Assembly: GCA_964016885.1 (NCBI GenBank)
Contig: OZ024747.1
Coordinates: forward strand, 83,762,001-83,826,000
Direction of reading: 5' to 3'
DNA: 64,000 nt
DNA from: Eledone cirrhosa
Lineage: Eukaryota
The stretch's first letter is position 1; each line of letters starts with the position of its first letter. The notes below the pieces were generated by a model. The model saw nothing but the letters and a program-made list of their open reading frames with translations. It was not told the origin of the DNA and ran no database searches. The position numbers and the translations under genes were made by a program. This document shows, one piece after another, positions 40,801 through 54,380 of this stretch.

Positions 40801-41902
40801 ATCAATACACTTATCAATGAAAAGTCTTCTGCATTCAATGAGATTTGAGATATCTGATGAGATTAATATATTTTACACACGTGTGCCCGACTTGGCTATT
40901 TATGCCAATGGTGAAATGTTACTGATTGAGTATTTATGGAGGTAATGTCTATGTTTATGGTCAACATACTGCTAGATTACAAGTTTTGTCGTTTAACCCC
41001 AAATCATCCTTGATCAATCAAACAAATGATCAAATGTCTTCCAGCCATGACGATCCCGTATTTTTGTACATCCTAGACATCATTTCACACTGCGCCTCTC
41101 CTTTTTTCAAAAGTAAGTAAGCGATTGTTAATGACGGATAATAACTCTGAAATACATGTATACTGGCTCTTACACTGATACCGAGATAGCTGTAATATGA
41201 TCATTCCTTAAAATATTCACAGCGAGGCTATATGTATGTTTATTATATATAGATGTATGTTTATTATATGCAAACATATTGTATTTGAGTTCATATATAC
41301 TTTTAGTTTGATTTTTCATTTAACTTTGGTAGATCAAGCAATTGTTGGGTGTGATGATGATGGTGTGTAATATGGTAATATGGTAGGGGTAGTGAGATCT
41401 ATGTAGATGTAGTGTTGGTGGCGTCGTTGGTGGGTGTTCGGTGCTGTAGGCGGTACTGCTGAAAGTATTGCTGTTGCTGTTGTCGATGTTGCTGTTGTCG
41501 ATGTTGCTGTACTATTACTGGGCAGGTGAAACGAGCAGCTGTGAAAACAAAATTGTTTGTAGAGAATATGATAGTGATGATGATGGCGATGGTGATGATT
41601 GTAGTTGTACTAGTAGTGGTAATAACATTGGTAATGATGATAATATTCGTAATGACTGAGATGAATGATGATGATGATGATGGTGATGGTGATGATGGTG
41701 ATGGTGATGGTGATGATGGTGATGGTGATGATGGTGGTAATGATTGTGGCGGTAGTGATGAGGCTAGTAATGATGACCAGAATATTGACAGTTTAAGCTC
41801 CTGTGTGATCTATAGAACAAATAGCAGTAATATACTGGGCCCTCTTAGAGTGGTAGATTGGCCGGGTCGTTAGAGTATCGGAGAAATGTGTGTGTGTGTG
41901 TA

Positions 41903-41941
<39 letters not shown>

Positions 41942-41989
41942 CAGCTCACACCTATGCAGGTTTAGCTGGCCTCCTCCAAGGTATATCTT

Positions 41990-42184
41990 GTTGGAGGTGT
42001 CTTGGGTGATTTTAATGATAGGGACCCCAGTCCCTATCATCTCATTTCTAAAGTTGAGTAAACTGGAGCAATGTGAAATAAAGTGTCTTGCTCAAGGAAA
42101 CAACACATCACCCGGTCCGAGACTTGAACTCACAACCTTTCGATTGTAAGCCCAATGCTCTAACCACCAAGCCATGCGCCTTCA
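41990..42184 (-). mobile_element. SINE S2
   Basis: CTGGAGCAATGTGAAATAAAGTGTCTTGCTCAAGGA...TGAACTC...CTAACCACCAAGCCATGCGCCTTC. Confidence 0.85.
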
Positions 42185-42387
42185 TATCGGAGAAATGCTT
42201 AACATTATCCTCAAGTTCACGCTAATTACCAAAATAATCTCTACTTTGACTAATTAGTCTTTTTGTTGATATATCCAGAACTACATTATCGATTGTTTCT
42301 TGTGTACAAAATTATGGACCTAGGGAGATTTCGCTGCTATTTCTAGCATATAGAGCGACCGAGCTCTCAAAAGGAATGGTTAATATA

Positions 42388-43148
42388 ATTTTTTCTACTT
42401 TTGGCACAAGGCCAGTAATTAACCAGTGCATTACTGGTACTTTGTTTTATCGACCCCGTAAGGATGAAAGGGCCGTAACTCTATGCTGCAAAGCATGGTG
42501 TCCGACTCTCTACCGATACTGCCAATATAATGGTTTCTAATTTAGGCACTAGGGAAACGATATCGGAAGAAGGAAAAGTCGATTATATCGACTCCAGTAA
42601 TGTAATGTATTTTATAGGCTCCGGAAACATGAAAAGTGAAGGTGACCTTGGTGGGATTTGAACTCAAAACGTAAAAAGCCGGAACAAATACCGCATGGTA
42701 CTTTATCCACCGTTTTAACAATTCCTAATATAATGTAGGGTACTTTAGGGTGGTTTATTGGTAGAATTGTTGGAACTTCGGAAAATGTTTAGCGACATCT
42801 AGTTACGGCCCTTTACGTTCTGAATTCAAATCTCGCCAAGATCAACTCAGCCTGTCGTACTTCCGGGGTCGCTAAAATAAAGGACCGGTCTTGTACTGGG
42901 TTCGATTTCATCGACTAAGTCCTCATCCAAAGTACTGGCTTTGTGCCTAAATTAAGACCCATAATATAATTGTTTCTACTTTTGGCACAAGGCCAGCAAT
43001 TAGCCTGGTGTTTTATTTTATCGACCCTGTAAGGATGAAAGGCAAAGCTAACCTCGGCGGGATTTGAACTCAGAACGTAAAGGGCCATAAATCTATGCTG
43101 CAAAGCATGGTGTCTGACGCTCTACCGATACTGCCAATCCACCGCCCT
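42388..43148. mobile_element. Cluster of four SINE S1 copies (42388-42526 -, 42528-42725 -, 42750-42958 +, 42968-43148 -)
   Basis: S1 core motifs in each; the last copy has an ATAATATAAT TSD. Confidence 0.8.
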
Positions 43149-43800
43149 ATAATATAATGCAAGAACCATAATATAATGCAGTTTAATCTCTGGAGTAGTT
43201 CCAATACTTTTATGCATCAAGTAGATACTTCTTTACGCCTCAAAACCGCAACATGTATTCTAATATTTCTTTAACAACTTAATTTATCGGATTCTTCAGC
43301 GCTCAGTCCTTCTATTTGACACTTCGTGGGAGATGGAAATATTGCCACAAAGTTGGTGGAGCTTAAAATCCCGTAACAATTGATATATAGAAGATATAAA
43401 TTCCCACTCAACCAACTCCTTGACCTTCGGGTGGTTTTCTGTTAGCATGTGTAGTGTGTATATTGATATTATACGCAAGTATATATGCATGTAGATATGA
43501 TACACCAAATAAAATCGTAATTGACAATATACACACAAATTGAACGAAGACTGCGTTACATTCTCTAATGTAATCAGTAACGTAATCCATGATATATTAA
43601 AAAAAGACAATATTATATATAAACTGCCTTAGGAGAAAAGGAAATATAGGAATGTTTATTTAAGCGATCGCTAACCGGAAGTGTTGACATTTGAAAATTT
43701 TAAAGAAGTGAATCTTTAAATAAGCAATAAAATGTATTTAATCAACAGCTACGAAATTTAGTAGATAACTTATGTAATATTCATTCATTATTTATTCAAA

Positions 43801-44209
43801 GGGCGGTGAATTGGCAGTATCGGTAGAGGGTCGGGCGCCATGCTTTGCAGCATAGTTACGTCCCTTTACGGACTGAGTTCAAATCCTGCCGAGGTTAACT
43901 TTGCCTTTCATCCTTACGGGGTCGATAGAATAAAGTACCAGTAATGCACTGGGTAATTGCTGGCCTTGTGCCAAAAGTAGAAACAATTATTTATTCAAAG
44001 TTTATTTATTTATTCAAAGAGGGCGGTGGATTGGCAGTATCGGTAGAGGGTCGGACGCCATGCTTTGCAGCAAAGAGTTACGTCCCTTTACGGTCTGAGT
44101 TCAAATCCCGCCGAGGTTAACTTGCCTTTCATCCTTACGGGGTCGATAAATTAAAGTACCAGTAATGTACTGGGTAATTGCTGGCTTTGTGCCACAAAGT
44201 AGAAACAAT
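43801..44209 (+). mobile_element. Two tandem full-length young SINE S1 copies
   Basis: 43801-43988 and 44021-44209, each flanked by TTATTTATTCAAAG. Confidence 0.9.
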
Positions 44210-44324
44210 TATTTATTCAAAGTAATCCAACTTAATTTACTAATTGGGTTAAAAGAAATAAACCGTACGCAGGCCCGCACTCGTTACTTTATTATAGTTC
44301 AGATTTTAATTTACTTACGTCATT

Positions 44325-44520
44325 AACAATTAGCAGAGTCGTTAGGGCGTCGTATTAAAAATGCTTCCGTGTTTTATTCCGACTCACTGCGCTCTGAGTT
44401 CAGGTCCCCACGAGGTCAACTTTGCCTTTCATCCTTTCGAGGTTGATAAATTAAGTACCAGTCCAGTACTGGAGTCAATGCCTTCTTCGGAAGAAATAGG
44501 CTGTGTTCCGATCTAGAAAG
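44325..44520 (+). mobile_element. SINE S1, old copy
   Basis: GAGGTCAACTTTGCCTTTCATCCTTTCGAGGTTGATAAATTAAGTACCAG. Confidence 0.75.
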
Positions 44521-44764
44521 GGATAGACTCCGCCAGGTTTATAATGCCCAAGACACGCTCTATGTCATGACGACGCCCCTATGATTCCATCAGGAATTAA
44601 GGGCCCTTTTATTTTATTTTTAGTGCTATTACTGCTTAGATCTGTGAGTTGTTCATATTTACAGCTTGGTTGGAGTTACTGTTTGATATTTAAATTAGAG
44701 GTACGTCCTCGAGGACGAAGCGTCTATGGCTCCGGAAAATATGGTATATATATATATATATATA

Positions 44765-44966
44765 AGTAGTAACACAACAGTTAGTTCACCATACAGAGAA
44801 CAATTGTTTCACCTTAAGCGGATCGTCAGCTAGGTCTGAAGATCCGCTTAAGGTAAAACATTTGTTCTCGGTATGGTGAACTAACTGTTGTGGAACTACT
44901 TCTACCAAACTCATCCCATGGACTGAGTGCTCTACCACTACGGATATTAGCTTCCAGTGTTCTACC
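44765..44966. mobile_element. Family F PLE-like fold-back with two divergent hammerhead motifs
   Basis: ~64-bp arms with axis near 44832. Minus arm: AG CTGACGA TCC GCTTAA GGT GAAA CAATTG TT CT. Tail recurs inverted at 57853-57910. Confidence 0.75.
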
Positions 44967-45213
44967 TATATATATATATATATATATATATATTAATATT
45001 AACAAATCGCATGAATACACCTATTTCGCAATTGAAGGATTAATATTTATTATATCAATACTCCAAGAACTACCTCCATTGTACCTACGGTTGACCACCT
45101 CGGAAAAACTATGACAGTGATTCATATGTTGAGTCAAAAACCACTGTATGTTGACACAGTCATCGATTTCAAGTTACACAAATTCAACTAACGGAAACCG
45201 ATTACTACTATAA

Positions 45214-45277
<64 letters not shown>

Positions 45278-45378
45278 ATTATAAAATAGTGAATGACATA
45301 TACATACAGATAAATATCCAATGATATAAATGTATAAGACATATCAAACTTTAACACGAGACAATCTGTACACACGCG

Positions 45379-45449
<71 letters not shown>

Positions 45450-45450
<1 letters not shown>

Positions 45451-45730
45451 GAGGCAAGTGGCCTAGTGGTAAGGGTGTTGGACTTACGATCATAATGTCG
45501 TGGGCTCGATTCCTGGGTTGCGTGTTGTGTTCTTGAGCAAAACACTTCATTTCACGTTGCTCCAGTATACTCAGCTGAAAATGAGTACCAGCAATAGCTG
45601 GAGGTTTAACCCTGCGATGGACTGGCGTCCTGTCCAGGGCGGAGTCTTGTACTCTCAGTCGCTTCACGCCATGAAACCGGGATAAGCTCCGGCCAAATGA
45701 GCCTTCTGGCTTAAGACAGACTTTAGACTT
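45450..45730 (+). mobile_element. SINE S2, full length
   Basis: TGGCCTAGTGG A box, GGCTCGATTCC B box, AACCCTGCGATGGACTGGCGTCCTGTCCAGGG domain, (ACTTTAG)n tail. Confidence 0.85.
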
Positions 45731-46568
45731 TAGATATATATATACATAGGAGTGTGTGTGTCTGTATGTGTGTGTTATGGTATGCTTATTCCCGCGATAA
45801 AATAACTGAACTGAAATAACTTTAGTACAAGAGAAAGAGGAACAAAATACAGTGTTTAATCGGAAATACAATGTCATTGTATTCCATTATGATAGCATAC
45901 GATCATGTCATGACGATTACATCTGCTGATATCATCTATTCAGGACTCTGGAAATTAATAATAATACCTGTCTTTTTATGTTATTTAATCTAAAAATATC
46001 ACGAAGTTTATATAATGCTGTTGAAGAGCGATTGCTGAATCAGTTCTTATAAGTAATAGATATAAGCTATTTTGTTTATATGGATGTATGTATGTACGTA
46101 TGTGTGAATGGATGAACTTATGTCTGTATATGTGTATGTATGCATATACAAAAGTGCATGTATGTGCATACGTATAAGCATATGCAGCACTTCGACATTT
46201 TCTAACATAACCGAATGAACAACAATTAAACGTAGAAATGTGAATTTATTTATCTAGGTAGAGAAACTTTAAATTTTGAAGCAGTTAGTTGTCCATAAAT
46301 ATTCTATTTGCCACTGATTTTGAAAGAAATATTCCCGTCTGTGGGTCAATCGACCTCTATTGATCTGTATATAATATTTATTTTCTGTCCTAAACAACAT
46401 TCCTTCTGTTGACATGTATTCAATAAAGTATCCTTTATATTTATCCCAATGAAGTCTATTTTCTAAGAGTGGCATTGTATATTGTTTTAGCAACTGCATT
46501 ATTCCGCGCTGGTAGGTGACAGCTAGATTGTATTTTAGGGCAGTTGTTGGTCACACAACACACACACA

Positions 46569-46651
<83 letters not shown>

Positions 46652-46671
46652 TTATATATATATATATATAA

Positions 46672-47150
46672 TAATAATACTATTTATAGTTATGTATATA
46701 GTATAAACAACTATAAACAGGAAGGTCAGTAATTTTCTACTACCTTATTACCAGTAAGAGAAATAGCTCAATGAAAGAACATCAGTTGTTTTACAGAGAA
46801 GGAAAATATATAAATTAGACAATTATCAAAGTTGTGTTCAGATCATTTAATAGCTGACAATCGTTTCTTCCAAACTCTCATTTGAAGGTTTGAATAGGAG
46901 GTTAATTACATGACTCCAAATGAGAATTTGGAAGAAACGATTGTAAGCATAAACATGTTTTGAACAGTTCTTTGATTCTTATAATTCATATAACTGCTCT
47001 GTAAATCATCTGATGTTATTACATTAAGGTATTTAACTTACTGGTGATAAGGTAGTAATATATTACTGCCTACCACTATTTAGGGTTTATAAAAATATAT
47101 ATAACTACAAAAGGTTTTTGTATTTGCATAACCATAAATAGTATACTTAA

Positions 47151-47155
<5 letters not shown>
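46672..47155. mobile_element. Family E fold-back with diverged arms
   Basis: Left arm homologous to 29842-30060; right arm is an inverted, more diverged relative; partial hammerheads at the axis. Confidence 0.7.
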
Positions 47156-47213
<58 letters not shown>

Positions 47214-47312
47214 TGCTCTATGGTTCTTACATATTTGATATATATATATTATCCTTATCGAGCCCTCTTTGGATTTTAGTCTTCAGATTTATTATTATTT
47301 ATTCATATATAT

Positions 47313-47410
47313 ATATATCCCAAAAAATCTACACAGACTTTGATTACCTGTACAGGCAATATTTATTTGAATGCTGTTGAATTGTGTATACATTTTTTAG
47401 GAGACACCCT
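47313..47410. mobile_element. Tc1/mariner mini-MITE, second copy
   Basis: Reverse complement of 9051-9150. Confidence 0.65.
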
Positions 47411-47435
47411 ATATATATATATATATATGTATATG

Positions 47436-47531
<96 letters not shown>

Positions 47532-47976
47532 TGTATGTATGTATGTATGTATGTATATATATGTATGTATAATGGACCTACTAAAAGTGATAATATGGTA
47601 TTTCATAATTGACTCCAAGTATCATTAATTTAACAAGAAACTTCATACATATGTTGAAACATTTGCATTTAATTATTTTCACACTTGAGAGTTTCGTTTT
47701 TCGAAGACAAACATATTCTGCGTATGTTTTATTCAGAATTATAACTTAAGATAATAATATAAGTGAAATACTATAACTGAAGCTTCTGCAGCCTGGTTTG
47801 AGAGTGAAAAGAGCAGATTTTCACAAACAAGTTAACCACCATTACCCTCATTTTTCTCTCTTGCTCTACCTGCTCTACCTTCTTTTTCTTTCATTATTTT
47901 TTCTTTCTTTCTTTCTTTCTTTGTTTATTTATTTATTCATTTGTTTATTTATTTGTTTATTTATTTATTCATTTGT

Positions 47977-48027
<51 letters not shown>

Positions 48028-48195
48028 TTTCTCTCACCCCCCATCCCTCGCTCTCTGGCTTTATGATCGGCACACGTACGTTTCAGTCTGCAAGATCATC
48101 ACCAATGCAGTTTATATTTATAAAGAAATTCGTAGAGAAATTCTAATAAATATACACAACACATATAGTGTTGTTTGAGAATATTGAAGAGAATT

Positions 48196-48335
<140 letters not shown>

Positions 48336-48336
48336 A

Positions 48337-48558
48337 CAAAGGAATTGTGGTAAGGAACCAGATGGACTACTTAGGGTAGTAGTGGGAAATAGGAAAAAGT
48401 ATGACCCCGACGGCAGAGCTCAAGCCGTTTCGACGGCTATTTCTGGACATAAATAGCCGTCGAAACGCTCTGCCGTCGGGGTCATACTTTTTCCTATTTC
48501 CCACTCTACTACCCTAAGTATTGAGTACTCTGGTGCGTTATGGTCCATCTGGTTCCCA
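48337..48558. mobile_element. Family C fold-back, axis near 48448
   Basis: ~105-bp inverted arms in (TA)n. Confidence 0.8.
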
Positions 48559-48574
48559 ATATATATATATATAT

Positions 48575-49555
48575 ATTGTTATACTTGGGGAGGGTCATAT
48601 TGTTGTAATAATATTGCCAGAAATAACAACAGAACACACTCACTGTTTGGTTGATTTTCGCTTCTGTATCTTTTATATCTCCATAGTTAATTTATTTGGC
48701 AATCAATGTTAACCGTTGGTTAAAAATACAGATATAAATATATATCAATGATATTAATAAATGTAAACTATATTTATAAAACCATATTTATTTTATTATA
48801 TATATTTCAAGGGTAACAAAATATTGGTACGCTCTCATCAGATAAAATACAAAATTTATTTTATAAATGGTGAGAAACCAGACCTTATCGGTTTAGGTTC
48901 AGTTTGGATAGTGAAAGAAAAATTTCAAATCTTTAGGAAGAATATGTAAATGAGGTTGAAACGTAAGGCTGAAAAAATCGTTATATTTAGACGCTAGGTA
49001 AATTTAAATAATTATTAGGATAATTTATAAGGGAAGAAGAAAAAGAGAGGCTAATATTAATATTAGGGTATAAGAAAATTTAAGGAATGAGTATAAGAAA
49101 AAAATTATAGTTAGAAATACACTATTATTATTAAGATAAAATTGTATGGATCATATCAGTGATGGTGTAAAGATAGTGATATAATTATATTTAATTAGTT
49201 AATTATATAATCATATATTTTGGTAGTATCTATATGGGAGTTAAAAATGTGTTGAAGTGGTAGAATACCAATTTAAAATTTAAAAAAATTGAGATATACA
49301 ACTAATTATTGGATCTATTCAAACCATGAGTTATAATATTATATAGATAATATTTATAAGTATATTTTAAGGTTGTAAATATATTTTAGTTTATTATATT
49401 ACAACAGGTTATTTATATAAGTATTTATATATGGTTTTATAAATATAGTTTCCATTTATTAATACCATTGATATTATACTCCAGAAAATCTGTAGAGTGC
49501 TTCGAATCTGTTATAAATAAATTTGTTGAATAACCAACAAATTAAATATCTCTTT
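48575..49555 (-). mobile_element. Penelope-like element 3' fragment
   Basis: Contains the intact hammerhead. Terminus ATGACCCTCCCCAAGTATAACAA(TA)n is shared with the PLE ending near 61129. Minus strand near 49540 reads FVGYSTNL..RF (GIY-YIG YIG-like half). Confidence 0.6.
48789..48849 (-). ncRNA. Type I hammerhead ribozyme, full consensus core
   Basis: TATTTTAT CTGATGA GAGCGTACCAATATTTTGTTACCCTT GAAA TATATA TA ATAAAATA. 8-bp stem I, CUGAUGA, imperfect stem II, GAAA, palindromic stem III, AUA triplet. Confidence 0.8.
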
Positions 49556-49587
49556 GGTGATATAAATATATATATACATATATATAC

Positions 49588-49618
<31 letters not shown>

Positions 49619-49626
49619 AATGTATA

Positions 49627-49660
<34 letters not shown>

Positions 49661-49832
49661 TTTTTCGAATTACTGTATTTCTTCTCGTGGAAATTGTTCG
49701 ACCACTTTTTCGGTGGGTGGGGGATTGCAAATTGTTTGAGAATTGAAACGTTGTTTTCAGATAGAATACTTGATGAAATAAATAAACTTTATTTGAGACA
49801 AGCAGATGCATTCATTTTCTCTGTTACCTTCC

Positions 49833-49918
<86 letters not shown>

Positions 49919-50191
49919 CATACTCAGTAGAAAGAGACTGACTACAAATGTCTAATTTTTTCCCGTATGCCACAAGAGTACATACAGCTACACTTTAAAT
50001 CTGGTTCTTCCAGATTTAGGTAAAACAGAGATGTTAGTAGTTACTCATATGTAACTTATTCTTATTAGCCAAATAACCTCTATCTCCGATGTATAGTTTA
50101 CTGAAAGGGGAAGGTTTCTTATCAATTATTTAAGCTCATTAGGGACCCCACGATAAGTGAAATAACTATAACACATTCCTCAAAAATGAAT

Positions 50192-50563
50192 AATTGTTTC
50201 TACTTTTTCCCCAGTGCATTACTGGTACTTTATTTTATCGACCCCGTAAGGATGAAAAGTAAAGTTAACCTCAGCGGGATTTAAACTCAGACCATAAAGG
50301 GCCGTAACTCTATGTTGCAAAGCAGCAGATTTCCTCGAGATAAAGATAGAGAGAGAGTGTGTGTGTGTGAGAGAGAATGGGAGTAAGAAAGAGACACAGA
50401 AGACGAATCGGCCTCAGTACTTGACTAGTACTTTTTTTTTATCGATCTTGAATGGATGAAAGGCAAAGTTGACCTCGGCGAAATTTGAACTGTGAGAGCA
50501 AAGAGTCGGAATAAAAACTGCAAAGCGTTCTATCCTACATTCTAATGACCCTGCCAATTCGTC
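50192..50563 (-). mobile_element. Two adjacent SINE S1 copies (young 50192-50323; old, with GA expansion, 50321-50563)
   Basis: S1 core motifs twice. Confidence 0.8.
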
Positions 50564-51203
50564 GTACATGTTCTCCACGAATGGCTGCTAATAACGTTTC
50601 TCATTATAAACAGACATAAATAGATAGAGACACAGCTAGGCAGATGCTCTGCTTGTTGTATACGGGAGTTTCTCCAACACCTGTGTATAAGCAACCACTG
50701 TGCAATATGCATTGACAACAAAATCAACATGAACAAATGCATACATTAAGATTTCAAGGACAGAAACCCTTACTTCCAGCTGACTATGAGCCATCTGTCA
50801 AGAACAGTCTACCAAAAACTGAGGTTCTTTTTCACTTTCATTAGTTTTTTCTTTCAACATCAAAGCCTTTCACTGTTTTTAGTAAAATATCTATGCACTT
50901 GTCCCATGCTCTGTGTATGCATGTATGTATATATGCATGTACGTACGTACGTACGAATGTATGTATGTATGTAGGTATTCATGCATGCATATATGTATGC
51001 ATAAATACACTATATATATATATATATATATAATTATTGAGTAAAATGACAGGAGGCTGGACTGGTGAAATTCCTTCAAAGATTTATTACAACATAAACG
51101 AAGATGGATGAGTTGTATCACCTCGAGTGCTTTTCCTAATATTACATCACGGTTGACTATACGGAATGACCAGTTCTAGCCAGTAGTGAACCAACAAACC
51201 TAA

Positions 51204-51259
<56 letters not shown>

Positions 51260-51559
51260 CAAATCGGACCAAGGAAACAATGTTTCTGTTGATCTTTCCA
51301 ATTGGTAATACTATCTATTGGTCGCAATTCCAGGTAGAAGGAGCAACGTGAAATAAAGTGTCTTGCTCAGGGACATAACACACCTTCACTATATATATAT
51401 ATTCTACAACTTATATGATGGTACGATGGTACCGTATGTATCAATCGGACAACTCAGCTGAGGTATACCGTACAACATGACAGAACCACTTTGTTAAATC
51501 GATCCGACATATTTTGATACCAGATTTAGCGTATGTAAATTCGTGACTGGATTAAACTA

Positions 51560-51765
51560 TAATTGTTTCTACTTTTGGCACAAGGCCAGCAATTATTTCA
51601 GTGTATTACTGGTATAGTAATACACTGAAATAATTTTTCGACCCCGTAAGGATGAAAAGCAAAGTTAACCTTGGCCGGATTTGAACTCAGACCATAAAGG
51701 GCCGTAACTCTTTGCTGCAAAGCATGGCGTCCGACCTTCTACCGATACTGCCAATCCACCGCCCT
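51560..51765 (-). mobile_element. SINE S1 young, full length, TSD TTAAACTATAAT
   Basis: Matches the young consensus; small internal hairpin ATTATTTCAGTGTATTACT...AGTAATACACTGAAATAAT. Confidence 0.85.
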
Positions 51766-52280
51766 TTAAACTATAATATTGTCCTGAATATAATATCACA
51801 TGATGATCAACAGAACGAGAGCAATCACTTAACCACGAATCACTCCGAATGCTGTAAAGTTAACCCAGTCTCACTCAGGGCAGTTTCATGCTGATGAAGA
51901 CGATCTAAACAGCAGAGTTAGTAAGACGTTGGTTTTCCAAGCATTAGTTCTCGGCTTAATCCATGTCTAGTGAAACTATGCGGAGGATTATCTGATTCTT
52001 TGTACCTGTCTTTCAAATAACCAGGCTTGTCACGCAATGTCACGTTAGTTCTGACTGAGATTACATGGAATACTCAGCCATTTACATACTAACTCAATGA
52101 GTAGGCAGTTCTGTGGATTTAATTACTGGAATACTCATAGTAAAAACTGCTGGAGGATACACACACACACACACACACACACACGCGCACACGCACACAC
52201 ATACACACACACACACACACACATATATATACACATATGGCATGATAATGTATGTATATGTATACACATCCAGACACAAC

Positions 52281-52385
<105 letters not shown>

Positions 52386-52614
52386 ATGTTTGTGTGTGTG
52401 TATGTTGGGTACGTGAAGTGTCAACAGCTCTGTGTTTTGTTTTATTTAGTTGGTTGCCTGTGTTGCTGTGTTAAGTGTACCGATGGCAATAGCACAGTAT
52501 CCAGCGTATCATTAATTTGTCAAAACACGAAAAACTTGTTTGTGAAAATACGCTGCACTTTAACATGTAAGCATCATATGTCGTCGTCACCTCCTGCCAC
52601 GAAAACGAACATCT

Positions 52615-52660
<46 letters not shown>

Positions 52661-52870
52661 CATCTTTATATCTGACTTATGCAGTGTAAAGCATGCGTTT
52701 GGCCGGCTTCCCAGAAACATGATATTCCCAAATGTTTGCCCAGCCTTGGTACAACAACAAGTCCAACACGCACACAGACACACACACATACAGGTGTGTG
52801 TATGTCTATATAATGTATATATGTGTGTTAGTATGTGTGAATGTATGTATGTATATATATATATATATAT

Positions 52871-52945
<75 letters not shown>

Positions 52946-52986
52946 GTATATATATGTGTTAGTGTGTGTGAATGTATGTATGTATA

Positions 52987-53033
<47 letters not shown>

Positions 53034-53169
53034 GGAAAAAATGAAACGAAATTTCATTTCTCACTCTTAGTACGGCTGTTACTTATATAAATATACGTAT
53101 ATATATTTATATATATATATTTTTTTATATATGTATATATATTTATATATATATACATATATATATATA

Positions 53170-53360
53170 TCTATATATATAACGACGAAGTTTTCTGTAT
53201 GTGTGTGTATGTGTGTGTGGACAATTTTTAATGAGGGCTCATATATTCTAAACCATTCATGCGATTTCTTTAAAATGTTTTACAGAGCTTCTCCTTGCAC
53301 AAAACCTGTACATGATCTACAAAGGCTTTAAAAAATCGATATTGGGGCCTTTGGAGACAT
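53170..53360 (+). mobile_element. Possible non-autonomous Helitron 5' part
   Basis: A|TCTATATATATAA start, then (TG)-rich tract and AAACCATTCATGCGATTTCTTTAAAAT, resembling Helitron/DINE-like cores. Confidence 0.35.
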
Positions 53361-53449
53361 TAACAAAGTTTCGGTTATTTGTGTCAATTTTCGTGATTAA
53401 GTAAGACAAGAGTTATCTTTAAGTAAGACAAGAGTTATCTTTAGTAATA

Positions 53450-53672
53450 AATGGTTGTAGATTGCCAGAATTGGTAGAGCATCGGACAAAATGTCATTGC
53501 GTTATTTGTTATAGCTTTTTACATTCCAATTACATCTCTGAATTGCACCAAGGTCAACTTGGCCTTTCGCCCTTCCAGGGCCAATAAAATAAATTACCAG
53601 TTAAATGCTCGGATTGATTTTATCAACTTTGCCCTTTCACAAATTTGTTGGCTTTATGCTTAAATCAAAAAT
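53450..53672 (+). mobile_element. SINE S1, old copy
   Basis: AAGGTCAACTT.GCCTTTCGCCCTTCCAGGGCCAATAAAATAAA.TACCAG. Confidence 0.65.
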
Positions 53673-53855
53673 CAATAATAGGCACACATTGGTTTTCCTA
53701 TTCAATAACGGCTTCTGATATCCAAGTAGATTTCCACCAGAATCTGTTTCGTCAAAACTAGGCATCGATTTTCTTTGATCGGTACATAGTTGAGCATTTT
53801 CTACATTTTCTATCACCTCCAGCTATGGAGATAATGAAACTTTTTTGCCATCTTT

Positions 53856-54062
53856 CAGACCTGCCAACCTCTAAAACCCCAAACGGGGAGTACCATGAAG
53901 AAATGGACCCCAAAACGAGGAAAAATGAGGCAAAATGGCACATAATGAGGCAACATTTTACATAATGAAAGCTATATCCATTTTCACAAGAGAAGACATC
54001 TGTCACCCACCCCAAAGTGGGTGGGTGATCTCCTCATCGGACAGGAAAAGTTGACAGGTCTG
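53856..54062 (-). mobile_element. Family D hAT-like MITE
   Basis: TIRs CAGACCTGCCAAC / GTTGACAGGTCTG. Confidence 0.75.
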
Positions 54063-54149
54063 AGATAATGTCACTTTTTGCCATCTTTTGATATGTTTTT
54101 TTTAAATAATGTAAATGTGAGGTGATCCTTGTTTTATTAGTAGACGTTC

Positions 54150-54380
54150 TTGTATCTGCTGGCCAGCCGCAGGGGTGAGCCTCGCGAGATGAAATGGCTC
54201 TTCCAGCGCATCTCCCTTACTATTCTCCGGGAAAACGCCTTCTCTATTTTGTTCGCCGGGGCATTTTGTTCGCTCACAATACAGAGAGATGGAGATGGGG
54301 AGGGCGAGAGAGGTGGGGGCGATGACAGTGGGAGTTCGCCTCTTCCGTGTTCGGACACGATGTACACATGTCATAAATAC
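54150..54380 (+). mobile_element. CRE-clade non-LTR 3' end
   Basis: RRGEPREMKWLFQRISLTILRENAFSIL (cf. CRE GDPRE..WLFQR.S....RGNA.SI). Confidence 0.8.

Noticed and set aside
40820-40945. Possible exon ISDEINIFYTRVPDLAIYANGEMLLIEYLW followed by GTAATG
   Set aside because: No convincing acceptor and no recognisable homology
43296-43440. Possible minus-strand exon after CTAACAG, and a CCGGAAGTG ETS-like motif near 43676
   Set aside because: No recognisable protein; a single short motif is expected by chance
45450-45520. tRNA-like sequences at SINE heads (also 7679, 12999, 40460)
   Set aside because: No complete cloverleaf; they continue into SINE bodies
46269-46499. 76-aa non-repetitive ORF
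   Set aside because: No motif or splice support; may be a TE remnant
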